From Macrostomum lignano (Eukaryota), in NCBI GenBank assembly GCA_002269645.1, contig NIVC01000255.1:1-64000 (forward strand): a stretch of 64,000 nucleotides of DNA, read 5' to 3'. The position numbers were made by a program, and so were the translations under genes. Position 1 is the stretch's first letter. The number at the start of each line of letters is the position of its first letter. The notes beneath the pieces were generated by a model, which was not told where the DNA came from, made no database searches, and was given only the letters and a program-made list of their open reading frames with translations. Shown in pieces: positions 12,390-25,129 of the stretch.

Positions 12390-13520
12390 TGCTCTCTCGT
12401 TCCTCCTGCGTCCGAGCCTCTCCCCATGCGTTATTCTATTTTTAGACTGAGGGCTTCGCGAGGGTGTCCCGAGCTGAACCCTCCCTCACGTGCAGCCTTG
12501 TGCACACAAGCCCAAATTTGGCATGCTATTTTCACTGGTGGCTTGAAGCTTCTGTCGGCGCTTCGTACAAGCTACTTTTTAATTCAATTTTTAATCAGTT
12601 TAATCAATAGCTGTTGTGCATCATTATCCGCACTTTTCGGCTGCAGTTTCATGGTCAAGCCACGGAATGCCCAAACGCTCCACCCTCCGCGTTCTATATT
12701 AATGAATGCAGGCCGATCTGTCTGATTTCTCCTCAGAACCGCCTCGTGAGGACTTGTCGAGAGCTTTCTCCAAGTCTAGCGCCTCAGCGCTGGTTAACAG
12801 CGAAGCAAATGCTCCTGAGCAGGTCTTGGTAGAGCAAAGCATCGCTAAGAAGCAGCCGCAAGCTCCTGAGCAGGTCTTGGTAGAGCATTGCAGCGCTCAA
12901 GCAGAAAGCACGCTCCTGGGCAGGTCTCGGTAGAGAATTGCTGTGCTATAGCTCTGGTTTCCAGCCTACCCTATTTGGCAGGAAATCAGTTAGCTGAAGC
13001 CATTCTGCTGTAGTCTATTTGCGACACAGGCGCGAATAAGAGTGAGAGTGAGTGTGCAGTCGCAGCACTCGTGCGCGATTCTAAGAAATAGCTGAGAGCT
13101 TAGTTAGCGTGAGTCTATTGCTGCTTCAGGCGCATAGACCTATTCCTCGCCGCCCATATGCGCGAGTCGTAGCTATTAGGATAGTAGAAGTTAGGGGTCC
13201 TCTGAGAGCTAAACTCAGACACGCTCAAGCGCGGACATTGTCAGTGCCAGGACTGCGCCGCTCAAGGCATTTGCTACCATTGAGTCCTGTCATTTGGATA
13301 TTGAAATATCTGAGGCTAGTTGTTCTAGCGTTATTTATTTGCGTGGAACCCAATCAGCCCTCTTCATTGCGGATCCTACGGTTCCCACGCTGGTGGCAGC
13401 ACTACCCTTAATTTTAGATTTCTCTCCAGTCTCAGCCCCCACAAGAGTGTTCGCTAAGGTTGTCCGGGACGACAGCAGTCCACCTATCCCGAGCAAACAA
13501 AGCTCAGCTACTACACTGGT
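12390..13520 (+). repeat. Dispersed repeat of about 1.1 kb, copy A (upstream of and overlapping LINE A ORF1)
   Basis: Collinear with 25990-27010 (roughly 85% identity by eye). Contains three copies of GCTCCTG(A/G)GCAGGTCT(T/C)GGTAGAG where copy B has one. Confidence 0.85.
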
Positions 13521-14049
13521 GATAGCGGTGGGATTCCAAGGCCTACCGGACCACCCTTCCTCACCCAGACAAACCAAGACACTTCATTCTAAACTAACTA
13601 AAATTACGCCGGTGGTATTCGAGATGCCCGTAGAGGCCAAGAACCCAATAAAATTTGAACAATTTTTAAAAGCTAATTTTCCCAACGTTCGCATAATGTC
13701 GGTCAAAAAATTGTACCACAGCTCAGGGTACTTTGTATTTACAAACACTCCACAAGAAATGAATAATTTACTAACAACACCACTGAAAATCAATGAAATT
13801 AATGGACAAACAGTCACAAGACGCCTGCCATCAAACAGGCCGCGTCACCAAGCCGATGACAGGCTGCGAAAGCCACTAAAATCACCTAACGTACAATCAA
13901 TCATTGTCAAGGGAGTTCCTCTCGTTGTGAAAGCCGAGGAGCTCTTGGTATACCTCGACGATAATTATGCACACTTGCAATTCGATGGAGCCCAGAGGAC
14001 GGGGCAACCTACGCCGCTCATCAGACTCTTCTCCAGGAGCAAAGGCTAG
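13294..14049 (+). pseudogene. LINE A ORF1 (gag-like), zinc knuckles missing
   Basis: QSIIVKGVP...RTGQPTPLIRLF aligns by eye with LINE B ORF1 QSVVVRGVP...NEPTHLIRLF. The CCHC knuckles that follow in LINE B are absent. Confidence 0.7.
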
Positions 14050-14573
14050 TGCATTCACTAGTGCATTCAGGCACTTAAATCTAAATTCCATCAAACTAGA
14101 CCGATCGAACAAGTAGGCACTAGTCAGGATGATAGGATAGGTAGTCAGACTCTGGCTGAGACTTTTGGTGTCCCAGGCCCATCATACGCTGCAATGGCAC
14201 GACCAAAGCCTGTACTCGGTCCAATTATCTACTCGAATCGAGCCGCTGCCGCTGCTGTCGCCCAATCTGACAAGACGACTGCTCAGACTGCATCTCCTGC
14301 TGACAGCTCTGCGCCCGCAATGGTCAAGCAGACTGCACACCTTCAAGCAGCTCTGCGCCTGCTGAACAATCCATTGCTGCCCATGCTGCTGCTGTAATCG
14401 GTGAGAGGGGTTCATCTCAAAGGCCAGCCAGCTTGCTATTCGGGCAGTGATGGAGGCTCTGGCGATTGCCCTCAATCCTGCTGGAACTGCAGCTAGGGCA
14501 GGTGAAGCTGAAGCCAGTACGGTGAGCGGAGGTGGATCCGTGCCCTGAGCAAATACAAAAAATTATCTGAATT

Positions 14574-17500
14574 ATGGCTTTTTATAATAAAAATTCTCCT
14601 AACTCCACCCTGGTTATTGGGCATCTTAATTGTAATTCGCTTAGCAACAAAATGCATGAAATTATTATGTGGTTGCACAATGAAAATATTGACATTGGTC
14701 TATTCTCAGAAACTGAGCTCAAAAATAACGACAAGTTCTATGTCCAAGGGTATGCCATTATTAGATATGACATACCAGACTGCAGAAGAGGGTTAGCTAT
14801 TGCTTACAAGAATACCTTAAAAGTATCCAGTGTTAATCAATACTTCGATAATATCCACCCTGAGCTTATCAGCCTCGCTGTCAACCCCAACAACAATCCC
14901 AGCAATACTATTAGGATTACCCTTTTATACAGAGCCCCTAATCCCGACCGCATCAACACTGCACTGCTTGAGCAGCTTCTACCCCAGCCAAGATCCCTCC
15001 TCATGGGCGACCTGAACTGTCGTCATCACTTGCTAGGAGGGGATAGCTGTGAGAATCATACTGGCAAACAGCTATTCGATTGGCTTAATAACCATCCTGA
15101 TCCTCCCTTCATCCTCAACCAGTATGGTGATTGTACCAGGATCTATAATAGAGGGGGAAGTTCAGTAGGAAATGTCCTGGATCTAGGGATTTGCTCCCCA
15201 GATCTAGCTAACTCTGTTAGTGAGGTTTCAGTAGGTGATGATCTTGACAGTGATCATCTTCCTATTATTATTAAAGTGTTTGTAAACCCTAGCTCGGTCT
15301 GTAATCCCAAACCTCCAAAAAGTTACTGGCATACTGATTGGGAGGCCTTCAGATATGCCCTCCAAGACAAGTTCGAAAACTGCAACCTTATCAGAACCCG
15401 GATCTCTACCCCTGAGGAGCTTGACAGTGCGTTTGAGAAGCTCACTAAAATGTTCCATGAGACTATAGATGAGGTTGTTTCGAACAGGGATCCTAGAGAG
15501 CAACTTCCCCCTGATTTTGTCAGTAAAATAAAGCACAGAAGAAAGCTCAGGAAACTTTTTAAGAAAACCAGAATTGATTCATTTAGAGTTCAAGCCAACC
15601 AAGCCGCTAAAGAAATTAGAATAGCTATATAGGAAATTTGAAGACCTGTGCAAAAAATAGCGAAAACAAGTTATAGAAGAGAGCCAAGACAATTCTGGAT
15701 CGATATTAAGAAAATGACCGGCCAATCCATCGGAGCTTTTTCTTTTCCCGCCCTTAGTTACAAAGGGGTAACTGCTGAAACAGAACAAGAGACTGCTGAT
15801 CTATTTCAGGATTTCTTGGAAGATCAGATTCAACCCCACCCCGACACTAACTCCCTTCTCTTTGAGAGAGTTAAGGCCAGCGAAGATCATGAGATCTTTC
15901 GACCCTATGACTGCATGATGAGAGCCCTGACCTACCACAGGGACAGGGCTGACCCTGATGACCCAGACAAAGAGGATATTGAATCTGACATTCTCAACAT
16001 CCTCGACATCGATGTTCTAATGGAAACTAAAAATCTTAGGACTGGGGGTGCCCCTGGCCCTGATAAAATTCCAAATATTGTGCTTAAGCGCGGGCTCAGC
16101 CCTGACTCAATTAAAACTTTAGCCAAAATATTCAATGCGAGCTTTCTTCTGGGTTATTTCCCGAAGGCCTGGAAAAAAGCAATTATAAAAATGATCCCGA
16201 AACCTAAGAAGTCTAAGCATGAAATAGGTTATTACCGGCCTCTCAGTCTTACATCCTGCCTAGGAAAACTTTACGAAAAAGTCATTGCTAGAAATCTCAG
16301 AATGATTTTAGAAAACAAGGGAATTATAAATGAAGACCAATGTGCGTACAGACAAGACCACTGTACGTTCGATAACATTGTGCGACTCACAGATGATATA
16401 CTAAAAATGAACCAATGGCGTCATGTGACCCTTGGTGTCTTCTTTGACGTCAAAGGCGCCTTCGATGGTGTCTGGTACAGATACCTGAGATATCGCCTCC
16501 TTGAAAGGGAGCTGCCTCACAACATGATCCGTATTATCTCCAGCTACCTAGAAGATAGGGAGATCTCTATACAAACCGGGGAGGGGGCAATAAGCAAAGG
16601 CTTCAGGCCTGCTGCCGGTGTCCCACAAGGAGGGGTGCTGTCCTCCCTTCTGTTTATTATTAACGTCAGCTCGATCCCAATCCCGCGTGACGTCAAAGTC
16701 AAGAAAGAGCCAGTTTGCAGACGATCTTGCAGTCTGGGCGAATGCTAAAACGTCTCTTTTGACGGCCAAGAGGTTGAATGGGTATCTGGCCGTCCTGAAG
16801 AAATGGCTTAATGATGTGGGCATCACCATCAACCTTAACAAAAGCAGGGCTGTTGCCTTTTTCAAATTCAAAAGTAATTCATCCACGGGTCCAGCCAGGC
16901 GTCCGCTCAAACTCGGCCAGGATACTATCCCCTACCACGATTCGGTCACCTTCCTTGGGGTCACCCTAGACAAAGACCTGAACTACAAACAACACATCAT
17001 GAGGACTGTCGGCATCGCCAACGCTAAGCTTGAGGCCATGAGAAGGATTGCTCGTAATACCGGAATCTCCCAGTTGGGGCCCCAGCTGCTCTACAGGTCT
17101 TATATTGAGAGCGGCATGACCTATGGGGCCCCATCCTGGTCAACGCATCGGACACGCTCATTCAGAGACTTCAACTCCTCCAAAATCAGGCCCTCAGAAT
17201 TGTACATGGCGCCCCAAGGTACACCAAAGTTAGCTACCTGCATGAAACCACCAATATGCCGAGGTTCAAGGAGAGAATTCGGAATCTGGGCATCAGGTGG
17301 TTCAAAAAAGCTTTTCTGACAGGAGTGCATTGCTTTGACATTGACCTCAAAGAATGGTGCAGACGGGGTCTCAGAGAACCTGCTACCACTAAATTCAGAA
17401 AAGCCCTAAAAAACCAAAAAAGCCAGAAAGTAAAACTTAGCCATGAAAACGTTAAAACTCACCTCGAGACAGTTCCTGAGAGGCGTCTCAGCTGCAGACT

Positions 17501-17606
17501 TGATTACTTGATTTTAATCTGTACGGACTGCTGCACTATGTTTTTTTATAATTTGATATTATTATGGTTATCATATCGTTATTATTATCAGAAAGCTATA
17601 TTATAG
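14574..17606 (+). pseudogene. LINE A ORF2: AP-endonuclease + reverse transcriptase, broken
   Basis: APE motifs HLNCNSL, SETEL, MGDLN, SDHLP. RT motifs APGPD, YRPLSLTS, FFDVKGAFD, GVPQGG, QFADD. Stop at 15630-15632 and frameshifts near 16700 and 17150-17260. Confidence 0.93.
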
Positions 17607-17669
17607 TGTTTATAAAATTTTGGCTTGAGGTAGAGGGTTGGGAATCTTTTGTTCGGGCTGGTTCTTATT

Positions 17670-18700
17670 CTTCTTTGTTGTTGTTAAACGTGGGTGGGAA
17701 GCTTGGCTACCCGCGGATCAGCCCTGGAGGGGGCTCTGCCGCAGAGGGGCACTACCAGGGGCCCAGACATTAGTAGTACAGGGCCCCGAGATACCCCGAG
17801 ACTTGGAATTGGGCCCCAGCTTAAGCTAGGGAAAGAGCGAGGGACTTCAAGCCTACGGTACAAGACACCGCCAACCCAACAGTGGAATCAGGGACGGTGC
17901 TAGGACCCAGTCCACCCAGCCCCCCCCCCCAGCAGACAGGTCCTCGGGAGTGCGCGAAAAACAGAATTGGATTATTACTGAAAAGCTGTCCAAGAGCGGG
18001 AAACCCAGAAGTCTTGGAAAGGGCTAACTATTGGAGTGAGTCTGGAAGGCTTGTTTCCGAGGGGGAGACTCCAGGCGGACATAGCTACACCTCTATTGCT
18101 ACAACCCCAAGGGCATCGCCTATCCAGCTCATTATTGGGGGCCAGGCCAAGGGGGGGGAGGGGCACAAGGAGCAAGAGGAAACCGGACTCAGCCGGTTTT
18201 CCCCGATTCGGGACGAACTTCCTTCCCAGGACTCCAATCCACTGTCAGAGATGAGAGCCAAGACACTAAAGCAGGGAGACAACCAGAGGAGCCAGCAGAT
18301 GGACCAAGGACAGAGCAGGATGGACCGGGCAGGTAGGGCAGAGCTCATAACTCCAAGAAATTGGATGGCACAATGACCGAGTAAAAGAATAAAAGCATAA
18401 AAGAGAAGGGATAAAACAACGCTGGGATGCCAGCCCAGAAAAAAAGAAATGGCAGAAGGGAGGAGCACCTGAACCCTACAAGCAGGCGTATTGCAAACCT
18501 GCAACCCGGGGCTCAGCCTCAGATGGCATCAACTGGGCTCTACCGTACACTTTAGTGAATGGTCGTCTTTCCTGCAGGGCGGGTGCGACCGGGGGGCTCA
18601 AGTCCCGTTCTAGCCACACTGCATTCCAGATCTCCAACTCACTCCAGGTACACCACCCCTAACCCAAGGCCGAGGGCCAAATAATTGGAATGTACACCAA
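17670..18700 (-). mobile_element. 5'-truncated 3' fragment of a LINE-B-related element (or a SINE with the same tail) inside the LINE A 3' UTR
   Basis: Minus strand ends GCGGCAGAGCCCCCTCCAGGGCTGATCCGCGGGTAGCCAAGCTTCCCACCCACGTTTAACAACAACAAAG, homologous to the LINE B end at 40194-40266. The 5' limit is approximate. Confidence 0.55.
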
Positions 18701-19101
18701 AGAAATCCTTCAATTAAGTTTAAGTTTAATTAAGTTTATCCTTCAATTTTAATTATTATGGACAACAGATTTGTCCAGACAGACTTGCTATTTAATTCTC
18801 ACAAAACTGATGCCACTAAATGATTTTAGAACCTTTGTGATTATTATTATTGTTTTAGTTCTTTTATATTTGTTGTTTGCATTGATGTTTTATACTTTAT
18901 CTTAATTTATTTACACATTTAATACTTGATTAACTGCTTTATTATGCACCAATATTGTTTTAAAATTGCACCGATATTTGTTTCATTGAATTTTGCTATT
19001 GTAATTGTTTTATACTGTACTCTTCGATTATTTATTATTCATCTAACCTCGAAAATTTTACAATGCCTGTCACAAAATTCGAAACATAATACAAATACAA
19101 G

Positions 19102-19162
19102 TAGCGTAAGAGCCTCGGATAGAGGCTGAAGCGCTAGCACTTATTAACGAAACGAACGAAAC
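19102..19162 (+). other. LINE A 3' stem-loop (GGATA loop) and tail
   Basis: TAGCG-TAAG-AGCCTC-GGATA-GAGGCT-GAAG-CGCTA, followed by TTAACGAAACGAACGAAAC. Confidence 0.65.
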
Positions 19163-21240
19163 TCTTTAGAGCAGTCCTTAGAGCAGCCGTAAAGACGGTC
19201 TCTTTCCATTATTTTTTCTGCTTTTTTGGCCATGGCCTGCTTCTAGGAGCTTAGGGACTAATTCCATCAGATTAAGCGTATTTGATTTAGTCGGCTTAAG
19301 CTTTACATGAACTTCTTAAGCCGTATTTAGGTCGTTATTTAGATTTTTGCAAATTTTTACGCACTCTGTGCTTAGTGTGGCAGGCGGGTTGCCACGTAAG
19401 ATGCGATAAAACTTGAATTTGTCATTTTTTCATTTTTGCATGTGCATGGTGAATTGTCGCGTTTTCTCCCATTATTGGAGTGACATCACTCCCGATGCTG
19501 GATTCTGTTTGTACCCGCCACGTGTTTTGCTTACACGAAGTTGGATGTGTACAGTAAATTTTAGTTTTTCTTATGTGTTTATGCCGCCCCGCATTATGCC
19601 CTTTTACGTGATTTTCTCTCCCATGTGCATGTCCAGCCTCTGTCCCCACTGCATGACCGTTAATTCTCCTCTATTTAAACGCGATGATTACATGACTGTC
19701 TACTTACGCGCTTTTCCTCTGCTTTTCCTTTCTTACTTTAGTGTTTATTGTTCTTGTTTATCGTTTAATTTTAGTGCTACTGATTTTGCTAGTTTAAGCT
19801 CAGTTGAAGATTTCGATAGTAAATGGCTACTTGATATTTTTCAATCTTATAGAACATAAATCCTCTATTGTTTTAAGCTTTTCTAGTTAAGTAGTTAAGT
19901 TACTGAACTATGGGTACGTGTACTTTAATGTAAACTATTCTTTCGAACACCTGAAGCTACAGACACGAGTAACAATTTGGTTGAAAGGGGAATAAATTCT
20001 GCGCTTCCGAGTGAAAACATCTTCATACGTGCAACTTATCAAACTTTAAAGGGAAAAGAAATACCGGCCTTCGACCATTTTAAAGTTTAGCGTCCTTCTA
20101 GTCAAGTAGTCCTTGGCCGAGATTTGCTAGCAGGAATTTGCTGACCGAACTTCTTGCAACTGGCGTCAAAAGATTGCTTGTTTTCTGGCAATGGCAATGC
20201 ATGGTTTCAGCTAAAAAAATCCAGAGAAGTGGCTAAAAATCCCAAATATTTTATAACTAAAAGCATCACCGTCAGTTTAAGTGCTTTGAAAGTCAGTTTG
20301 TCATTGTGGGGGACGGAATACTCTCATGTCGCAATCAGATAGGAAAGTAGGAACCTTGTAGGAAAGTAGTTTAATTCCTTAGAAGGCTATAAAAAGTTAT
20401 TCCAAAACACTGTACATTTGCTATGTACATTGAGCCCTACCACCTTATGCTTGGTCTGGTGGAATGAATGAGGGAGTAGCACAAACAACAGAAAAAGCAG
20501 ACAAACTTTACATGCCTACAGTTTCGATTCTGAGGTACAAAGTTAAGACTATATATTTAGAAAGTTAAGACTTTATATTTAGACAGGGAATGAGTCAATG
20601 AAGAATTGTATCAAGTTTGAAGTCAATCGCTGTACGTGGAGAAAACTTATTGCTGCTGAAAGTTAATTAATTTTAAACCCCTTTCACATATACTCAACAA
20701 CATTGAAAAGTCGCCACTCTGTGCGCCAGTGAGCAATTTCTCTTGGACTATTCTGAAATAAAAGATGCGAGAAAACTGATCGGGGTAGCTTTAATCCGTC
20801 CAAAACTCGCACACCGCTCCTCCACTTCATTCCTCAACTCATGTCTGCCGCGGGGGTAGCTAAGTTGCGTCACTCGCAAAGATTGAGAGACTTTACCTGC
20901 ACTCTCAAAAGTGGCGACCACAGACGGAATCTTTTGTGATGGCGACTTTTCGATGTTGCTGAGTATATCTGTCCAGTGGCCAGGAAAGAGAGAGAGGCGG
21001 AGGTTGGGGTGGCTGTTTCGCTGACGAAAAGCGGACGAACTTTAAAAGTACACAGGGCCGTTCACAATTAACTTCGAAACTCGAAACTTTATACACGATT
21101 GTGTCACAATAGTTAAAAATTGTGTCCAATTTGAAGAGGATTGGTAAAGGTAAAGGCGGAGCGAAGCTATAGAGGATTTGGTGAAATACTTGCGAAACTG
21201 GACAAGCAAAATTGTCTCTAGCTAATTACAACTTCCTGAG

Positions 21241-21518
21241 TTTGGCTAGCCAAATTGCTGCTTGCCAGATTCTCGCTAGCAGATTTCGGCTAGCTAAATT
21301 CTTGCTAGTTAATTCCTGGTAGCAACTTTCGGCTAGCTAAATCCTCGCTAGCAAAATTCCTGGTAGCAACTTTCGGCCAGCAAAATTCCTGCTAGCAAAT
21401 CTCGGCTAGCAAAATCCTCGCTAGCAAAATTCCTGCTAGCAAGCTTCGGCTGGCAAACTTCGGCTAGCAGATTTCGGCTAGCAAATTTCGGCTAGCAGAT
21501 TTCCTGCTAGCAAATTTC
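21241..21518. repeat. Array of about 14-15-bp AAATTTCGGCTAGC-like units (about 18 copies)
   Basis: Repeated GCTAGC-centred units; an inverted copy (GAGATTTGCTAGCAGGAATTT) sits near 20119-20140. Confidence 0.85.
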
Positions 21519-21974
21519 ATAGACTACATTTGAACTCCCCCTCTATCTCAAACCCAGCTGAAATTAGGGGGTCTCGACCTTGAGCAGATCCAGAAGCCCC
21601 CCCCCCCTATGAGAAAGACCTCATTTATTCTCAGCACTGTCAAACACCTTTCAAAAATACCTTTCCAGCATAGGGTGCCTCTGGGAGGGTGAGGTCCGAT
21701 CCCCTTCTACCCTGCACGGCATCAGTACCTCGGGCCATATCCCTTTAAGCTATGAGGAAAGAAGCTATCATTCCCTTGGTCACATCACAATCAAGTGTGA
21801 TTTTCCTGAGCTGATACTGGCATGTAAAAAAGACATAATATACCAGCCCGTACATCACACTCCAATTAGGAGCTCAATGTCAGTCACTGATTAGAAAAAT
21901 ACTTCGTTCTGTACTATATTTTATTATTGAAAGCCCTTTAACCTCTATTTGACTGCAGTTTTAGGCGCTTATAA

Positions 21975-24058
21975 CCGTTCCCGACGGATAGGACGAAAAC
22001 AGCCATAGACAGTTTTCAAATTTACGATCATAAATGTTGCTGCTACCACCGTTCCCGCCTATAGTCTCGCTTAAATTTAGTGTCTGTTCGCTTATTTAAT
22101 TCATTTATACGGACTGCTTTATATGAGCATTTTACTTTTAGTTTAGTTTTGACTAGTTATGGATCTCATTTACACGTCGGACTCGGACAATTTTCTCACT
22201 GACGACGAGGACGGATCGTTTTATTTTGATGAAGAGCCAGGTGAGGATGGTGAAAACGTTGAAAGCGCCAGCAGCTCAGATGAGGACGTCGAAATGGAGG
22301 AAGAACACGAGTGGCACCAAGCTATCGAAGGGACGGACGACAGGCCCACGGCTGTCCCAGAGTTCATGGGCACCCTAGGTTTTCGGCCGGACTGGGTACC
22401 ACCACAATCAGCGAATGGCAGTGAGTCAGAGTTTTTGCATCAATACCTAACCGACGAGCTGTTCGAGAACATTGCAAGGTGGACGAACGAACGGGCCTGG
22501 AGTTTCGCTCAGGAAAGGTCAGCTGATGAGTTACCAAAGGTTGTGTCTACATGGAAGGATTGCAGTGTTGACGAGGTGAAGAAGCTGATCGGCATCGTGT
22601 TGCTTATGGGCATTGATGACAAGCCGGAGATCAGCTCATACTGGGAAAAGGATCCTGTGTACCACTGCACGTTTCTGGCTCAGCCACATTCACTTTCGCG
22701 CGATCGTTTCAAGCAGATTCTCTCCTGCCTTCGCTTTTACAGTAGCGCTGGTCCCGCTCCCCAAAGCCCTGTAGACAAAATCTCTCCATTCCTTGCACTT
22801 GTGCAGCACGCCTGTCGGAACAACTACATGCCCGATCAGAATCTATCAATTGACGAGACTCTGGTCATGTACAAAGGACGGGTACAGTTTAGGCAGTACA
22901 TTCCTTCTAAGAAGAGCAAGTATGGTATCAAGTTATACTGCCTGTGTGAGGCCAAGTCCGGATACCTGTGGAACTTTGCCGTTCACACAACGCAGCAGGA
23001 GAATGCCAGGTTTGGTGCCGGAGTGGACTGTGAGGCCCTGTCCTTTAGTGAGCGAGTCGTAGCCGAGCTATGCCGCGACATTCTACATCTTGGCCAACGC
23101 ATCTTCACCGACAGCTGGTTTACATCGTACCGACTGGCTTCGTGGCTACTGGCCCGCGACATCATGCTGACTGGCACCGTGCGCAAAGATCGTGGACCGC
23201 CGCCACTGCTGCGAGACACTAACCTGCACCCTACATCATCAGCATTCGCAAGGTGTGGCAACGTGCTGGCGTGCAAGTTTGTAGACTCCAAGAACAGTGG
23301 CAAGAAGACTGTGTACTTGCTGGACACGGCAGGTAACGCGCAGTGCCACGATGTAGCCCGCGTTCGCCCTGGTGGTCAGCAGCAAGTGGTGGCGAAGCCG
23401 GTCAGCATCACCACGTACAGTCGTTGGATGGGTGGAGTGGACCGCATGGACTCTAACACGAGTCCCTACATAGCAAACCGCAAATCGCTGCGCTGGTTCA
23501 ACAAGCTGGCTTTCCATCTGATTGTGCTGCTTGTCCGCAACGCCTGGATCTTGTACAATTACCACGGCGGCAGCATGTCCTTCCTCCACTTCTTGCGCAA
23601 GGCGTTAGATATTCTGGTTGCGGAAACCGGTGTTGCCTGCATTAACTGCATTGTTTTTCCGCATTAAAAATACACACTTGTTAAGTCTAGCAGCCACAGG
23701 AAACATTTTTTTCAGTCAGAACAGTCTCTTGGCACTTGTTTCTTGGCGGCTGTTAATCGACTGTAAACCATTCTACTCTGTGCATGTGACTTTATCATTC
23801 ACTATGGGAAGCTATCGTTGCCTTATTGGTGTGTTAGATACATAGATGAAGGAATGAAGTTCTATTGATTATAAATATGGTTATATATAGCAGTCAGTAG
23901 TCCTTATACATAATATTTATATGGCCGTTTTCGGCCTCTAGTCGTCGGGAACGGCTGTGGTAAAAAATCCAACAAATCTGGCCCATAGAGATTGATTTTA
24001 TGCCGTCTAGCTTGGAGGTAGACAGAATGGACGAAAACGGCCATCCGTCTGCCTATGG
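21975..24058 (+). mobile_element. piggyBac-superfamily DNA transposon
   Basis: Contains the transposase ORF. Left ATAA|CCGTTCCCGACG..GGACGAAAACAGCCAT has an inverted partner at 23921-23954, and a second candidate right end GG|TTAA lies at 24057-24062. Exact termini uncertain. Confidence 0.7.
22159..23667 (+). CDS. piggyBac transposase (PGBD4-like, DDE_Tnp_1_7 type), 502 aa, open frame
   Basis: Acidic N-terminus, MSRDRF-like LSRDRF, NLSIDE (D1), FRQYIPSKKSKYGIK, IFTDSWFTS (D2), MGGVDRMD (D3), RWFNKL..NAWILY. No C-terminal Cys-rich domain visible. Confidence 0.92.
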   Translation: MDLIYTSDSDNFLTDDEDGSFYFDEEPGEDGENVESASSSDEDVEMEEEHEWHQAIEGTDDRPTAVPEFMGTLGFRPDWVPPQSANGSESEFLHQYLTDELFENIARWTNERAWSFAQERSADELPKVVSTWKDCSVDEVKKLIGIVLLMGIDDKPEISSYWEKDPVYHCTFLAQPHSLSRDRFKQILSCLRFYSSAGPAPQSPVDKISPFLALVQHACRNNYMPDQNLSIDETLVMYKGRVQFRQYIPSKKSKYGIKLYCLCEAKSGYLWNFAVHTTQQENARFGAGVDCEALSFSERVVAELCRDILHLGQRIFTDSWFTSYRLASWLLARDIMLTGTVRKDRGPPPLLRDTNLHPTSSAFARCGNVLACKFVDSKNSGKKTVYLLDTAGNAQCHDVARVRPGGQQQVVAKPVSITTYSRWMGGVDRMDSNTSPYIANRKSLRWFNKLAFHLIVLLVRNAWILYNYHGGSMSFLHFLRKALDILVAETGVACINCIVFPH

Positions 24059-25129
24059 TTAAAACCAGAATAGATGACTTCGTAATGAATTTACTGTCAT
24101 TCCCCGGGGACCCCAAAGACCCCAGGAAAAAGAAAAATAAGTAAAAAACGGCGGATAACTTGGATATTAAGTGGCATTTTTTAACTTAAACTTTGTCGCA
24201 GTTATGCAGTATAAAAGCATAGAATGAGTTTCAATCAGCTTTCTGTTAATCATTTTCATATTGGGCAAAAATGGAAAAAGTAAGTTACAAATGCATTTTT
24301 TTATTTTTCCACCGAAGGGTCCCCGGTTTAATTCCCTGGCCGGGGAGTCCCGACAGGCTCCCCGTTGCCCCGGGGAGCACTCCCCGGGGTCGACATCCCC
24401 ACTGCTAATTATGCTGCTAAAACAGAAAAAGCCCTAAAAATTACCAATATTGCTACTATGAAGCACTTAAATATAAGAAACTGAAAAATTCAGCGGGTAC
24501 AATAGATTGTGAGCTACATGCATTGAGCGGCGCTTTTTATACTTTCACAACCACTTTATTCACCAAAAAATTAAAGCTAGTGCACCGAAAAATAATTCTT
24601 TATTTTTTCTGTCAGCGATATTTTAACAATAAAATTTATTCAACTTGTCACACACTTTTGCACCTACTTATCTAACTGTGCGTCTGCTACAAGAACAACA
24701 AGAACAATGTTAGCATTTAGTGATCTCTTCTACATTGGTTTTATTGTGCTCGAAATTCACGCATTAATTTTCCTTCTCAAAGCTATCTTTATCTTAGTGA
24801 GGCAGGATTTAATTAACCTACAATCTCTACTAACAGTAGTTAAGCGCGAACCAATTTCTCAACCAATCAAATAATTTATTTAGTTGTTTAAATGCTATCC
24901 CTTTTGTTTTAATTCTTGCTAAATTTGTTTTAACTCACCAATTTTGTTTCAATGTATTCCTTCTTCCCCAAAAATTTAGTATAAAAGGGATCCGGGTCAA
25001 CTCTAAAATAAAATAACCTTTTCTTGTTTGGGATTTTGCTCTAAACAGTTCTTGCTGTTGCGAGAAGCTCTTAGTGGAACAAATTAAATTTGGCTAAGAC
25101 TCATCTCATTATTTCTTTGAGAATAGTGA

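Larger units (their letters stand above)
13294..19162 (+). mobile_element. LINE A: decayed non-LTR retrotransposon (Jockey/I-group-like, APE+RT, no RNase H seen)
   Basis: ORF1 remnant, APE and RT ORFs in tandem; 3' stem-loop and (GAAAC/GAAC)n tail at 19102-19162. 5' boundary uncertain (may extend to about 12390). Confidence 0.88.

Noticed and set aside
12390-12520. HDV-like or hammerhead ribozyme at the LINE 5' region (TCCTCCT loop, GAGGG/CCCTC stem)
   Set aside because: A P3/L3-like piece exists, but I could not close P1, P1.1 or P2; no CUGANGA...GAAA core with proper stems found here or elsewhere by eye.
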